The notes: generated by a model not told the origin, from the sequence alone. Counted from the stretch's first letter, positions 26,889-35,837 are shown. The stretch is 64,000 nucleotides of DNA from a virus (IMGVR_UViG_3300020408_000003:1-64000); one strand, 5' to 3'. Numbers and translations: made by a program.

Positions 26889-27355
26889 ACTTTTCTCCCG
26901 AGTTTTACATCTAAAAATTTTTTTAGTTCGTCTAACATTTTTTGCTCGTATATTCTACCAGCTTCACCATTAAAATTGCGATTACGCGGTGAGGGATGAT
27001 CAATTTTGTAATTATCTATAGCATATTTTTTACACACTCTAGCTACAAGATGACCAAGCGCTATGATAACTTTTTTTCCTTTTACTGCTTTTTGTAAAGC
27101 GGATTCATCAACTTGTTTAATATCTTTACAGTTCATGATATGCGGTATTACATTATGAAAATCCCATTCTTCTAAACCAAGTCTAACAGTCCAATCTTCT
27201 AATCGAGCAAAAGTTCCGTGTGGCTGTATTTTACCTTCTTTAAATTTTTTTCTAAAGGTATCAGAATTTCTAGAAGAAGGAGATTCTCCTAATATTAATA
27301 CATCATTAGACAATTTGTGATTACTTAAAAAATCTAAAACATTTGATAATTTCAT
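26885..27355 (-). CDS. Uracil-DNA glycosylase superfamily protein
   Basis: VLILGESPS, IIALG..A, HPSPRN. Confidence 0.75.
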   Translation of the reverse strand: MKLSNVLDFLSNHKLSNDVLILGESPSSRNSDTFRKKFKEGKIQPHGTFARLEDWTVRLGLEEWDFHNVIPHIMNCKDIKQVDESALQKAVKGKKVIIALGHLVARVCKKYAIDNYKIDHPSPRNRNFNGEAGRIYEQKMLDELKKFLDVKLGRKV

Positions 27356-27816
27356 TGATCTGGCTCCACTATTTGATAATATATTTTTGCTTCTTTAAAT
27401 AAACTTTCTGTTAATTTCCAAGAATCAATCCATCTTTCTGGTATTTTTGCTCTTATAAAAACTCTTTTTATTCCAACTTGTATTATGGCTTTAGCACATC
27501 GATGACATGTTGGAAGACCAGTTATATACATTGCGGCTCCTTCTAATGGTACTCCACTATTCGTAGCATTGTATATAGCATTTTCTTCAGCATGAACTAT
27601 ATAGTCATATTTAAGAATTCGGTTACTATATTTATCAGGACAGTCTTTTATACCACGAGGAAACCCATTATATCCTTGAGTTAATATTTGTCCTTTTTTA
27701 CCAACTACTATAGCACCGATCTTTGTCGATGGATCTTTAGACCAAGACGAAATCTGATCTGCAATATCTAAATATCTTTTATCCCAATCATTTAACAAGG
27801 TGAAAATGCCTTTCAT
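27352..27816 (-). CDS. cd: dCMP deaminase
   Basis: SKDPSTKIGA, GYNGFPRG, HAEENA, PTCHRC. Confidence 0.95.
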   Translation of the reverse strand: MKGIFTLLNDWDKRYLDIADQISSWSKDPSTKIGAIVVGKKGQILTQGYNGFPRGIKDCPDKYSNRILKYDYIVHAEENAIYNATNSGVPLEGAAMYITGLPTCHRCAKAIIQVGIKRVFIRAKIPERWIDSWKLTESLFKEAKIYYQIVEPDQ

Positions 27817-28483
27817 ATACGTGAAGATTTTGTACTTGCCAAATCATATGACCTAATGATATTTTATCACCAGTATCGTATTCTTCAAACTTGCAATCAT
27901 TCCAATCTTTAACTAATCTATTCATGATTTCAAACTGCCAAGCGTAATCATTTTTATAACCAAAGACTACATCATTAGAACGCATTTGAACTACAGCATG
28001 TAAGATATTATCTCGTATGTAATACGTAACGCTATTAGTACAAATAAAATCGTTTTTACCGTTTTCATTATATTCCATCCAAATTGAAGGGCGATTGTAA
28101 ACCATACAAGCACGACGGCTATCTGGGTTTCTTATCAGTTCATCTAATACTTGACCGTATTGGTTATGGTATTTATCATTGAAAATTAGATGACCGTAGT
28201 TAGAATTAATTTCTCCATGTTTATTTGCTGAATATTCCCAACATTTAGGTGGATCTTCAAATTCTCTTATGTCATTAATATTAGTCGACTGACTATCATA
28301 CCATTTTATCTCGCTGTCGATATATTCTTGACTTGGTGTTCCGAATATAGATGGTTCATCTGCTATGAATGATGCACCGATTAATTCAATCGTTGACATA
28401 CCACTTCTATCAATAGTAAATGCTTTATCGTATAATTCATCGATAAAATGTTTACGTATGTCGTTTACAGTCATCATTCGCAT
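27788..28483 (-). CDS. gp42: dCMP hydroxymethylase-like thymidylate synthase homolog
   Basis: INSNYG, DFICTN, MRSNDVVFGYKNDYAWQ (Asp at the dCMP-specificity position), LHVYERHF. Confidence 0.9.
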   Translation of the reverse strand: MRMMTVNDIRKHFIDELYDKAFTIDRSGMSTIELIGASFIADEPSIFGTPSQEYIDSEIKWYDSQSTNINDIREFEDPPKCWEYSANKHGEINSNYGHLIFNDKYHNQYGQVLDELIRNPDSRRACMVYNRPSIWMEYNENGKNDFICTNSVTYYIRDNILHAVVQMRSNDVVFGYKNDYAWQFEIMNRLVKDWNDCKFEEYDTGDKISLGHMIWQVQNLHVYERHFHLVK

Positions 28484-28883
28484 CTTGTACTCTCTTTCTC
28501 AAATCTGATGTTGAAAATTTGTGGTCTCTTTTATTAAAGTGTAATTGTATACCACGCTTTTTACATTCATCCTTTCCAGTAAAATCTTTATCACGGTATT
28601 CTTCACCTAAAATTCTTATATCGATCGGATACATGTTTATTATATCACATAATTCTGTTTCTGTACAATAAATAATTACTTCATCAACGTATTTTATAGC
28701 GCATAATTGTGCTTGTCTTTCTACAATAGATTGAACTGGAGGATTTTTGTTCTCTCTATCAAGAGAAGGATCTACTTGTAAGCCAACTATCAAATGATCA
28801 CAAACTGATTTTGCTTCACGTAACATCGCTACATGACCAGCATGTAATAAATCAAAAGTGCTGCAAGTAAATCCGACTTTCAT
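28452..28883 (-). CDS. TagD-like (glycerol-3-phosphate) cytidylyltransferase
   Basis: STFDLLHAGH, KYVDEV, RDHKFSTS. Confidence 0.9.
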   Translation of the reverse strand: MKVGFTCSTFDLLHAGHVAMLREAKSVCDHLIVGLQVDPSLDRENKNPPVQSIVERQAQLCAIKYVDEVIIYCTETELCDIINMYPIDIRILGEEYRDKDFTGKDECKKRGIQLHFNKRDHKFSTSDLRKRVQDANDDCKRHT

Positions 28884-29053
28884 TCTACTGCATCTTCAAT
28901 ACAAACAAAACTCGTACCAAGTTCTGCTTCTTCTTTATGCAATATTGCATTCTTCCAACATTCATATTCACCAGTATAATAATCAAGTGATTCGCCTTCG
29001 ACTATTCCTTGAGCGTTAATCACAACAGCGACAAGTATATAACCTAAGATCAT
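28880..29053 (-). CDS. 57-aa two-Cys protein (not in ORF track)
   Basis: MILGYILVAVVINAQG...YTGEYECW...FVCIE; GAGGA RBS; ATGA overlaps. Confidence 0.65.
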   Translation of the reverse strand: MILGYILVAVVINAQGIVEGESLDYYTGEYECWKNAILHKEEAELGTSFVCIEDAVE

Positions 29054-29412
29054 GATTCCTCGTCTGATTTAATTACTTTACTTTTTTTCTTTCGATTTAA
29101 AAAATCATGATCTGCGTTTTGACCTTGCATTTTACCGCGACAATATTCTACGATGAATGAACCGTAGTTAATCATATCTTTTGCAGAATCTTCGATTGAT
29201 TCGAAGTTAGGATCATAGTCAGGATCGTTTTGCATTGCTTCGATAACTGATCGCATACGAAGCATTTTAGCATGAATAATATCTAAAAGCGTTGCTACAC
29301 CTTGTGGATAATAATCTGCTTGTTGTATGCGCGAATTAGGATTTTGATAATCATTACCTTTTTTAGCTTGTAGTTCTGCGCATTCTTGTAAAACTTTAAT
29401 TGATTCTTTCAT
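29050..29412 (-). CDS. Nucleotide-modification-associated domain (Nmad1-like, all-alpha NTP-PPase fold)
   Basis: KKGNDY...K..R...ESIEDSAKDMINY. Confidence 0.75.
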   Translation of the reverse strand: MKESIKVLQECAELQAKKGNDYQNPNSRIQQADYYPQGVATLLDIIHAKMLRMRSVIEAMQNDPDYDPNFESIEDSAKDMINYGSFIVEYCRGKMQGQNADHDFLNRKKKSKVIKSDEES

Positions 29413-29429
29413 TATACACCTCCGAATAT

Positions 29430-29458
29430 ATTATACACTATTAAATTTTTTTTGTACA
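29430..29458 (-). promoter_or_regulatory. Promoter heading the DNA-modification operon
   Basis: TGTACA-N17-TATAAT, then GGAGG. Confidence 0.75.
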
Positions 29459-29464
29459 TAGGTA

Positions 29465-29968
29465 TTAAGCAACTTCTTCTAGAGATGGGGGTGGAGGATA
29501 AGGAAAACGCATCTCTCCATCTATATTTTGAAGAAGTTCAAGAGCACGATTAGCTTCTACATAACCACAGATTTCGTAGTTAGCTTGTTTATTTGCTTCA
29601 AGTGGAGTCCAACGATTTCCATCAGCCCATTTCCAAACAACAATGTATTTGACTGTGCCGTCGTTGATGCGGTCTTGTGCATATGGACTTAGCTTAACGC
29701 CTTTCTTAGCGAACTGCTTATATTCCATTTCACCAAAATCTTTGTGCATAGTATCGTATTGAAAACCCCAATAAACTTCTTGCTTAGAGTCAACTTGACA
29801 CTGATGATACTCGGGAAACTCTGCTTCCCAACGTCTACGTTCACTCATAAGATCGAGATCGCGTTTACCGCTTTGATAACTTTTTTCTGCACGCTCACGT
29901 AAACGTTTTAAAATATAATTGTCTGGCGTAGCAGATACAATTTTATTAATTTCAATAAATTTATTCAT
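29465..29968 (-). CDS. Hypothetical protein, possible PD-(D/E)xK nuclease
   Basis: YD...MEYK pattern. Confidence 0.45.
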   Translation of the reverse strand: MNKFIEINKIVSATPDNYILKRLRERAEKSYQSGKRDLDLMSERRRWEAEFPEYHQCQVDSKQEVYWGFQYDTMHKDFGEMEYKQFAKKGVKLSPYAQDRINDGTVKYIVVWKWADGNRWTPLEANKQANYEICGYVEANRALELLQNIDGEMRFPYPPPPSLEEVA

Positions 29969-29978
29969 AATATGTTTC

Positions 29979-30161
29979 TCACTTAATATTAGATAATACT
30001 TTACAAATTTCTTTTACTGTAAAACAGTTAATAATATTGCCTTGTAATTCACGATAATTTTTTGGTTTATAATCTTGAATTATATCAATAGCAGTTGTTT
30101 TAGCTTCATAAGAAGCTTCGGTGAATTTTACTTTAAATTCTTTTATTATTTTATTAATCAT
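29979..30161 (-). CDS. Hypothetical early protein
   Basis: Coupled ORF in early operon. Confidence 0.55.
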   Translation of the reverse strand: MINKIIKEFKVKFTEASYEAKTTAIDIIQDYKPKNYRELQGNIINCFTVKEICKVLSNIK

Positions 30162-30421
30162 TAAACTAACCCTTCTAATACAGTAAAAGCTTTTTCAAAT
30201 AAATCGTGTACAGCTGAATCATACTCGAAACCAGATTCTACACCAAAATCAAAACTTGAAGAAGTTCTAAATGAATCAAAATATCCAAAAGTAATAAAAG
30301 CTTTTGCTAATTCTAATGGATCGTTAGATGCACATACAATTCCTGTACTATTGTGAAGTTCTAATTTACCTTCACCTGCGCTTAAATAATGTATTTTATC
30401 AAATATTGGTGTATCAATCAT
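30161..30421 (-). CDS. Hypothetical early protein
   Basis: AAGGAG RBS directly after promoter. Confidence 0.7.
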   Translation of the reverse strand: MIDTPIFDKIHYLSAGEGKLELHNSTGIVCASNDPLELAKAFITFGYFDSFRTSSSFDFGVESGFEYDSAVHDLFEKAFTVLEGLV

Positions 30422-30448
30422 AATATAATTTCTCCTTGTTATAATACT

Positions 30449-30540
30449 AATATAATACTTTTTTCAGAAATGTACACGGTAAAAACGCATTTTTTTTAAA
30501 TTAATTGAATTTTTTATGTAATTGTGTCTTTTATGTTACA
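30449..30540 (-). promoter_or_regulatory. Early-type promoter with A-tract and TGT-N12-ACA box
   Basis: TGTACA-TTTCTGAAAAAAGTAT-TATATT, nearly identical to the promoter at 17512; box TGTGTCTTTTATGTTACA at 30523-30540. Confidence 0.7.
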
Positions 30541-31459
30541 CATTACGATAGACATATTCTAATGCTCTATCTGCTTCTTTTTTAATCGGACGTTTTTGAT
30601 ACCAATTACCGTTATCGATATCAAACTCACGACATAGATTTGTGATTTCATCCACGTTTATAGGATATTTAGACTTAATAGCATTACCAGCTATAGCAAC
30701 CATAATTTGATACATCTTATGATACCAACCAGTTTTAGTAATCGTCTTATATTCATTTGCTAATTGCATAGGCCAAAATGGACAATCGCGATAAGAAGAC
30801 CAAGAAAAATCATTATCAAGTTTATTTTTCTTATATTCTAAAACTTCTTTCTGCAATGCTTCAGGTAATCTATCGAAAAAACTATTAAGCGTAGCTTTTT
30901 CTGGCATAGGATGTTTTGCTATTAAAGCATCGGGATCAAGAACATCACCATTGTTACTGAATATAAAATTAAAAGCACGATCATATTTCGCAGGGATATA
31001 ATACATTCTCGATAAGTCTTTAGTTTGCTTATCGCCAAGTTCACCGAGTTCGGATTGGAGTGCAAACCAGAATTTTCTAATTCTATCGTTCGGGACATTG
31101 TTTCTAACTGGGAACACGAGTCGGAACTTTGGAGCATTAGTCTTAGAGCTTGCAGTACTATAACACACAAAACGCAAATGACTAAAGCGAGTAAGTAGCT
31201 CATCTTTTAAATCTCCTTTAAATTCAAAATCATCAACATCAACACAACACCATTGAGACCATTCGATAACGTTATCGTTTGCTCGTGTAGTATCTTTTTT
31301 ATACACAGCAGGAGATATTAGAACAGCGTCTTTCTTTGATTTAAGTTTTCTTTTAGATAAATCATATAATAATTTTTCGAAAGAATCAAAATCTTGATGT
31401 TCTAATATCTTATCAGTTTTGTTATCGAATATATTTTTAAATATTGTGTATTTAATCAT
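30536..31459 (-). CDS. Primase-polymerase (AEP-like) protein
   Basis: RANDNV, CVDVDD, YSTAS...KFRLVFP, D.QTKDLSRMYYIP. Confidence 0.75.
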   Translation of the reverse strand: MIKYTIFKNIFDNKTDKILEHQDFDSFEKLLYDLSKRKLKSKKDAVLISPAVYKKDTTRANDNVIEWSQWCCVDVDDFEFKGDLKDELLTRFSHLRFVCYSTASSKTNAPKFRLVFPVRNNVPNDRIRKFWFALQSELGELGDKQTKDLSRMYYIPAKYDRAFNFIFSNNGDVLDPDALIAKHPMPEKATLNSFFDRLPEALQKEVLEYKKNKLDNDFSWSSYRDCPFWPMQLANEYKTITKTGWYHKMYQIMVAIAGNAIKSKYPINVDEITNLCREFDIDNGNWYQKRPIKKEADRALEYVYRNV

Positions 31460-31890
31460 TATCTTTTCTTAATACCATCATTTATATTTCCATGATTCTT
31501 CTTATGGCTAGGACCTTTCCATCCATCTGGTTTAATTAAATCAGGTAATCCTAAAGGATTTGGTCTTGACGGTTTAACACCGGGTTCTTTTGACATATTA
31601 GCTTTATGTACGCTATTCCACGCTTTATACGCATCAACGCCAAAAGCATCTAAAGTACCGATGGCAACAACGCAAAGATCGATTAATCCATCAACTATCT
31701 CTTCAGGATTTTTATCTGTAAAAGCAGCTTTACGTGTTTCATCTAGTTCTTCTTTTAAAAAGTTAAGACGAAATTCTAAAAACTTTTCAAGCTTATGCAA
31801 TTCGCCTTTATCTTTTGTTTTTTTAAACCAATCATGTACACCAAACTTAGCATGCATGTTATTAATATCTTTTACCCAATTTTTTGTCAT
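31459..31890 (-). CDS. MazG-like NTP pyrophosphohydrolase (candidate dCTPase/dUTPase)
   Basis: EELDE..EIVDGLIDL..VHKANMSK..KPDGW. Confidence 0.85.
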   Translation of the reverse strand: MTKNWVKDINNMHAKFGVHDWFKKTKDKGELHKLEKFLEFRLNFLKEELDETRKAAFTDKNPEEIVDGLIDLCVVAIGTLDAFGVDAYKAWNSVHKANMSKEPGVKPSRPNPLGLPDLIKPDGWKGPSHKKNHGNINDGIKKR

Positions 31891-31895
31891 ATTAT

Positions 31896-31924
31896 ATTAT
31901 ACTCCATTTTTTATCATTTGTAAA
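31896..31924 (-). promoter_or_regulatory. Promoter, leaderless geometry
   Basis: TTTACA-N17-TATAAT-N5-ATG. Confidence 0.75.
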
Positions 31925-31927
31925 TGC

Positions 31928-34417
31928 TTAAACAAAGAAATCTTCTAACGTAGCTTTTTCTTCGGCAGACCACCCTACAGCGTTAAGTATGAAATTAAGT
32001 GGCTCGATGAAAGTTTTTTCAAACTGTAAATTATAGTCAACGTATTTGTGAAGTTTAAATTCCGTTGGTAAAACATCAGGAAATGCTATAACATTTTCGT
32101 GAATTGAATTTGGTATTTTTAAATATGTAAATTTAATCCTATCACCGTTAACTACTGATTCATATTTTCTTGTTAATTTATTATGTATTAAATATTTATT
32201 ATATAGTATAGAACCGCGTACATGAATCGGAGTACCTTTCTTGTAAGTACCACGATTTTGCCAATTAGTTATATTAGATATTGAACGAGGAAAACTTACT
32301 TCTTCTGGTGGCAATTTACAAAATTCTTCTTTAAAGCTTGCGATATATTCTTGAGTTTGCCGTTCTGAACCTGATAATATAATCTTAAATATTTCTTTAA
32401 ACTTATCTCGGCAAATCTCAGGAGTCGAAGATTTTATGGCTTCGATACCCATAATCTTAAGTTTAGGTTCAGCATATTGTACACCTTCTGAATTGTGAAC
32501 ATTAAGAATATATCTTTTCTTTGCAGTCCAAATGCCACGATCAGCAATAACTTCTCTACCCATTTCCATACGATTTTTATGCGCATTCATGTTATTAAAC
32601 AATTTATCATAAGCTTTTTTCAGAGTTGGTTCAAAATGTTCAATACAGATTTTATCAAGAAATTTAACTGGATCTTTTGGTTTTAATTGTTTTATTAAAG
32701 GACCAAAATTGATATACAAGCTATCAGTATCAATAGCGATAACATAATCTTTATCATTTGTTTTCATTACCTCGTTCATAGTTTCGTTCATTGCTTTTTC
32801 AGCCCATTGTATGGCAAGCTGACCAGATAAAGTTACACCTTCTGCTAATCGTAAATCAAAATATTTAAAGTATTGATTACCTAAAGCACCATAAAGAGAG
32901 TTCATCAAAATCTTAATAGCCATTTGCTGATTACCAAGTGTGTTGATTTCAGATTGTAGACTTTCATCTTTTGTCTTTTGATATTGTTGCTCTGTAGCTA
33001 ACATTATCTTTTTTATAGACGTACGTTCTGCATAATAATCTTCGATGATAGTTGGTAATACACCATCAAATTTTTTATGATACGTTGAACCATTTGCGGC
33101 AACTGCAAATTTAGTTTTATCTGGTAATCCTCCGTTTAAATAATAATCAACACCGTTTTTCTGACTTTGATCGATAAGAGTTTCTGGCGACATATTATAT
33201 TGTACGATAAGATTAGGATATAGAGAATTTAAATCGAAAGAAACTACCCAATCATGAGCGCCAACATGTGGATCTTTCACATAACCACCAGCAAATTTAA
33301 ATTTACGCGCTTCTGGTAATATAGCAGGTGGAACTAATTTTTGTGAATATAGTTTTCTATGAATGATAGATTCCCATATCGATGTTACTCCAAAGGTATC
33401 TTGATAATTAACACCGCCTTTATAGGCTATAGTCATGGCTAAAGTAATCAATCCCATTTTATCTTCAAGACGATCGACTAATTGTACGTCTTTCATATTA
33501 TAATCGATATACTTTTGAAAGTCATCTTTATAAAGATTTCTTAATGAACCAGACTCTTCATAAGAAAGTTTCTTTTCACCAAGAACAACATAAGCTATAT
33601 GATTCAATTTATATGACTCTTGTGGACCGTACGTATAACCAAACTTTTGAAAGAGTTCAAGATAATCTAAAGTTTGTATACCTCTTATATCGTATACTTC
33701 TTCTTTTTTACCTCTACGTGTAATCTCTCTACTTTCTACCATACCCCATGGCGAAAACCTTTTTACACTATCAGTACCAAGGATACGAGCAGTACGATTT
33801 ATTAAATATGGAATATCAAAAAATCTTGTATTCCAACCAGTAATAACGTCGGGCATTTGATCTGGTTTAGACCACCACTGTAAAAATTTATTGAATAGAT
33901 CTTTTTCATCTTTACATTTTACGTAAACAACTGGTTTGATAAGTGCTTTATCTACGTCATAATCACCATAACCCCATACCCAAAATACATCAGACTTACT
34001 CGATTTAACAGTAATAGCTAAAACATCTTGAGTTGCTTCGCTTGGATGTGGGAAACCATCGTCATAATCTGTTTCGATATCGATAGTGACTACGTTAATC
34101 CATTCTCTTTTAAATTTTATTTCGTTTGGAAATTTATTGGTTATATACTGATGTATATAATTTGTAGTACCAAACACTTTACGGTTTGCTACTTCTTTAT
34201 TATTTTCTATCCATGTTTTTGCTTCACGCATTGTCATAAAACTTAGTCTACCAACGTTATGACCGTACAACGAATGCCAACCAGTTTCTTTTTTAGATGA
34301 AACAAAAAACTCTGGCGAAAACTTATCTTTACGATATACGTTTTTACCAGAGCTATCATAGCCACGATACAACATAGAATTACCGTAGCGAACTACTGAA
34401 GTATAAAAATTAGACAT
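31928..34417 (-). CDS. gp43: Family B DNA polymerase
   Basis: DIET exonuclease motif, SFDLNSLYP, KILMNSLYGALGN, DTDS, KKRY. Confidence 0.98.
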   Translation of the reverse strand: MSNFYTSVVRYGNSMLYRGYDSSGKNVYRKDKFSPEFFVSSKKETGWHSLYGHNVGRLSFMTMREAKTWIENNKEVANRKVFGTTNYIHQYITNKFPNEIKFKREWINVVTIDIETDYDDGFPHPSEATQDVLAITVKSSKSDVFWVWGYGDYDVDKALIKPVVYVKCKDEKDLFNKFLQWWSKPDQMPDVITGWNTRFFDIPYLINRTARILGTDSVKRFSPWGMVESREITRRGKKEEVYDIRGIQTLDYLELFQKFGYTYGPQESYKLNHIAYVVLGEKKLSYEESGSLRNLYKDDFQKYIDYNMKDVQLVDRLEDKMGLITLAMTIAYKGGVNYQDTFGVTSIWESIIHRKLYSQKLVPPAILPEARKFKFAGGYVKDPHVGAHDWVVSFDLNSLYPNLIVQYNMSPETLIDQSQKNGVDYYLNGGLPDKTKFAVAANGSTYHKKFDGVLPTIIEDYYAERTSIKKIMLATEQQYQKTKDESLQSEINTLGNQQMAIKILMNSLYGALGNQYFKYFDLRLAEGVTLSGQLAIQWAEKAMNETMNEVMKTNDKDYVIAIDTDSLYINFGPLIKQLKPKDPVKFLDKICIEHFEPTLKKAYDKLFNNMNAHKNRMEMGREVIADRGIWTAKKRYILNVHNSEGVQYAEPKLKIMGIEAIKSSTPEICRDKFKEIFKIILSGSERQTQEYIASFKEEFCKLPPEEVSFPRSISNITNWQNRGTYKKGTPIHVRGSILYNKYLIHNKLTRKYESVVNGDRIKFTYLKIPNSIHENVIAFPDVLPTEFKLHKYVDYNLQFEKTFIEPLNFILNAVGWSAEEKATLEDFFV

Positions 34418-34423
34418 AATATA

Positions 34424-34453
34424 ATTATATCACAAATATAAATTTTTGTAAAC
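34424..34453 (-). promoter_or_regulatory. gp43 promoter, leaderless geometry
   Basis: GTTTACA-N17-TATAAT-N6-ATG. Confidence 0.8.
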
Positions 34454-34460
34454 TGTTTTT

Positions 34461-34931
34461 TTACATAAGTTCAAAATGTGGACCATCAATAAAAGGACGT
34501 CTTCCCTCACTTCTTCTTAAATCTATATAAGCGTTCATAGCATCTTCTGCTGTACCTGGATATGATCTAATATCTCCTTCAGACCATGCAGCACCCCATT
34601 TTATCGCCACGCCTTTTTCTTCGGCTGCTTGTTTAAATGCATCACATATATCATCATAAACATTTATTTCCCAAATGACGTCTGATCCGTCATAAGCTAC
34701 TACATCTACGGCATGCGAATAACCGCTGCCATCTTGAAGTAAATGTTTTGAATTCATAGTCTGAGATCTACCAGATTCGTATAATTTTTTCTGTTCTTCT
34801 AAAGTTCTAACTCCATAAGTGACGCCAAAGTCAACTTTAGTTATTTCTATTGCTCTTTCAACTACCGCGACCATATCTGGATGGACGCCTTCTAATTTTC
34901 CTCGACTTCTCGACGATAAACTAAATGCCAT
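34461..34931 (-). CDS. Endolysin, M15 family L-Ala-D-Glu peptidase
   Basis: LEGVHPD, GVRT..EQ, SKH..HAVD, WGAAW, DGPHFEL. Confidence 0.9.
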   Translation of the reverse strand: MAFSLSSRSRGKLEGVHPDMVAVVERAIEITKVDFGVTYGVRTLEEQKKLYESGRSQTMNSKHLLQDGSGYSHAVDVVAYDGSDVIWEINVYDDICDAFKQAAEEKGVAIKWGAAWSEGDIRSYPGTAEDAMNAYIDLRRSEGRRPFIDGPHFELM

Positions 34932-34952
34932 ATTTCATCTCCTGTTAAATTT

Positions 34953-34986
34953 AAAGGGACGAGTTTCCCCGTCCCTTTTATTTATA
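34953..34986 (-). terminator. GNRA hairpin/terminator directly preceded by late promoter TATAAATA
   Basis: TATAAATA-AAAGGGACGGG-GAAA-CTCGTCCCTTT-AAATTT. Confidence 0.7.
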
Positions 34987-35134
34987 TCCATCCTTTTAGA
35001 TTAGGATTGATAAGTTGTTTTTGTCTTCTTTCTAGTTCAACTAAGTCGTGCGAACTAGCAAGCCATTCTTCTCTAAGTTCTTGTTGAGATTTAGGCCTTA
35101 AGTTCCAAATATATTTTAATATTGATTGAATCAT
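34982..35134 (-). CDS. 50-aa DUF3563-like protein (not in ORF track)
   Basis: EEWLASSHDLVELERRQK. Confidence 0.7.
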   Translation of the reverse strand: MIQSILKYIWNLRPKSQQELREEWLASSHDLVELERRQKQLINPNLKGWI

Positions 35135-35355
35135 TTTAGCCCCATCTTTTCATTTAATCTAACTGTTAAACTATCTACAGTTTCGTGCATATAATCTGAC
35201 CTAGCATGTCTAAGTAAAAGTATAGCAACTTCTCTATTTGTAGATTTCTGTCTAGCGGTTGTCCAACCCATATACAGTTTGATTAATAAAGTTTTTAAAG
35301 ATTTTGATAGGCTTTCAAGCAGACTCGTTGAGTAGTTGAGCACTATTGTTGTCAT
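35131..35355 (-). CDS. Small protein, DUF1127/YjiS-like
   Basis: W..ARQKS.NRE.A pattern; downstream of hsp20. Confidence 0.5.
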   Translation of the reverse strand: MTTIVLNYSTSLLESLSKSLKTLLIKLYMGWTTARQKSTNREVAILLLRHARSDYMHETVDSLTVRLNEKMGLK

Positions 35356-35779
35356 TGGTTTTTCTCCCAGTTCCGATTGAAATTTGCTGGGGTCGCATCT
35401 TTTCCGGTAGGACCACTTCTATACTGACAGTAAGAATCCCATCCGTTAAATCCGCACCATTGACTTCTGCGTACTCTGATAACCTGAACGACTTTACAAA
35501 CTTTCGACCAGATATACCTTTATGAACATATTTGTTCTGATCTCTTCTAGCTTCACGATCGCCCGTAATTGTAAGCACGTGATCTTTGAGTTCTATAGAT
35601 ATATCTTCTTTTGAAAAACCAGCAATAGCTAATTCAATATCGTACTTCATATCGCCGTCTTTGACAACGTTATGCGGTGGATATGTATCTTTTGCGTGAT
35701 TTGTGATGTTTTCGAGTTCATCGAATAAATGGTCGAAACCTAAAAAAGCGTTCCTAGGGAACATAAAAGTACCAGTCAT
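35315..35779 (-). CDS. hsp20: Small heat shock protein (Hsp20/IbpA-like)
   Basis: LGFDHLFDEL, YPPHNV, ELAIAGF, YVHKGISGRKF, DGILTV. Confidence 0.95.
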   Translation of the reverse strand: MTGTFMFPRNAFLGFDHLFDELENITNHAKDTYPPHNVVKDGDMKYDIELAIAGFSKEDISIELKDHVLTITGDREARRDQNKYVHKGISGRKFVKSFRLSEYAEVNGADLTDGILTVSIEVVLPEKMRPQQISIGTGRKTNDNNSAQLLNESA

Positions 35780-35837
35780 GTTTACCTCCTATGACGTAGC
35801 AAGGTTAAAATATAGGACCCATTATTGGCATCCTATT
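35777..35837 (-). promoter_or_regulatory. ROSE-like RNA thermometer in the hsp20 5' UTR
   Basis: Hairpin ATAGGA..TCCTAT, then ACCTTGCTA...TAGGAGGT pairing the U(U/C)GCU motif with the SD. Confidence 0.8.

Noticed and set aside
27788-28483. Ordinary ThyA or dUMP hydroxymethylase
   Set aside because: Asp rather than Asn at the specificity position, close gp42-like motifs, and a separate thyX is present
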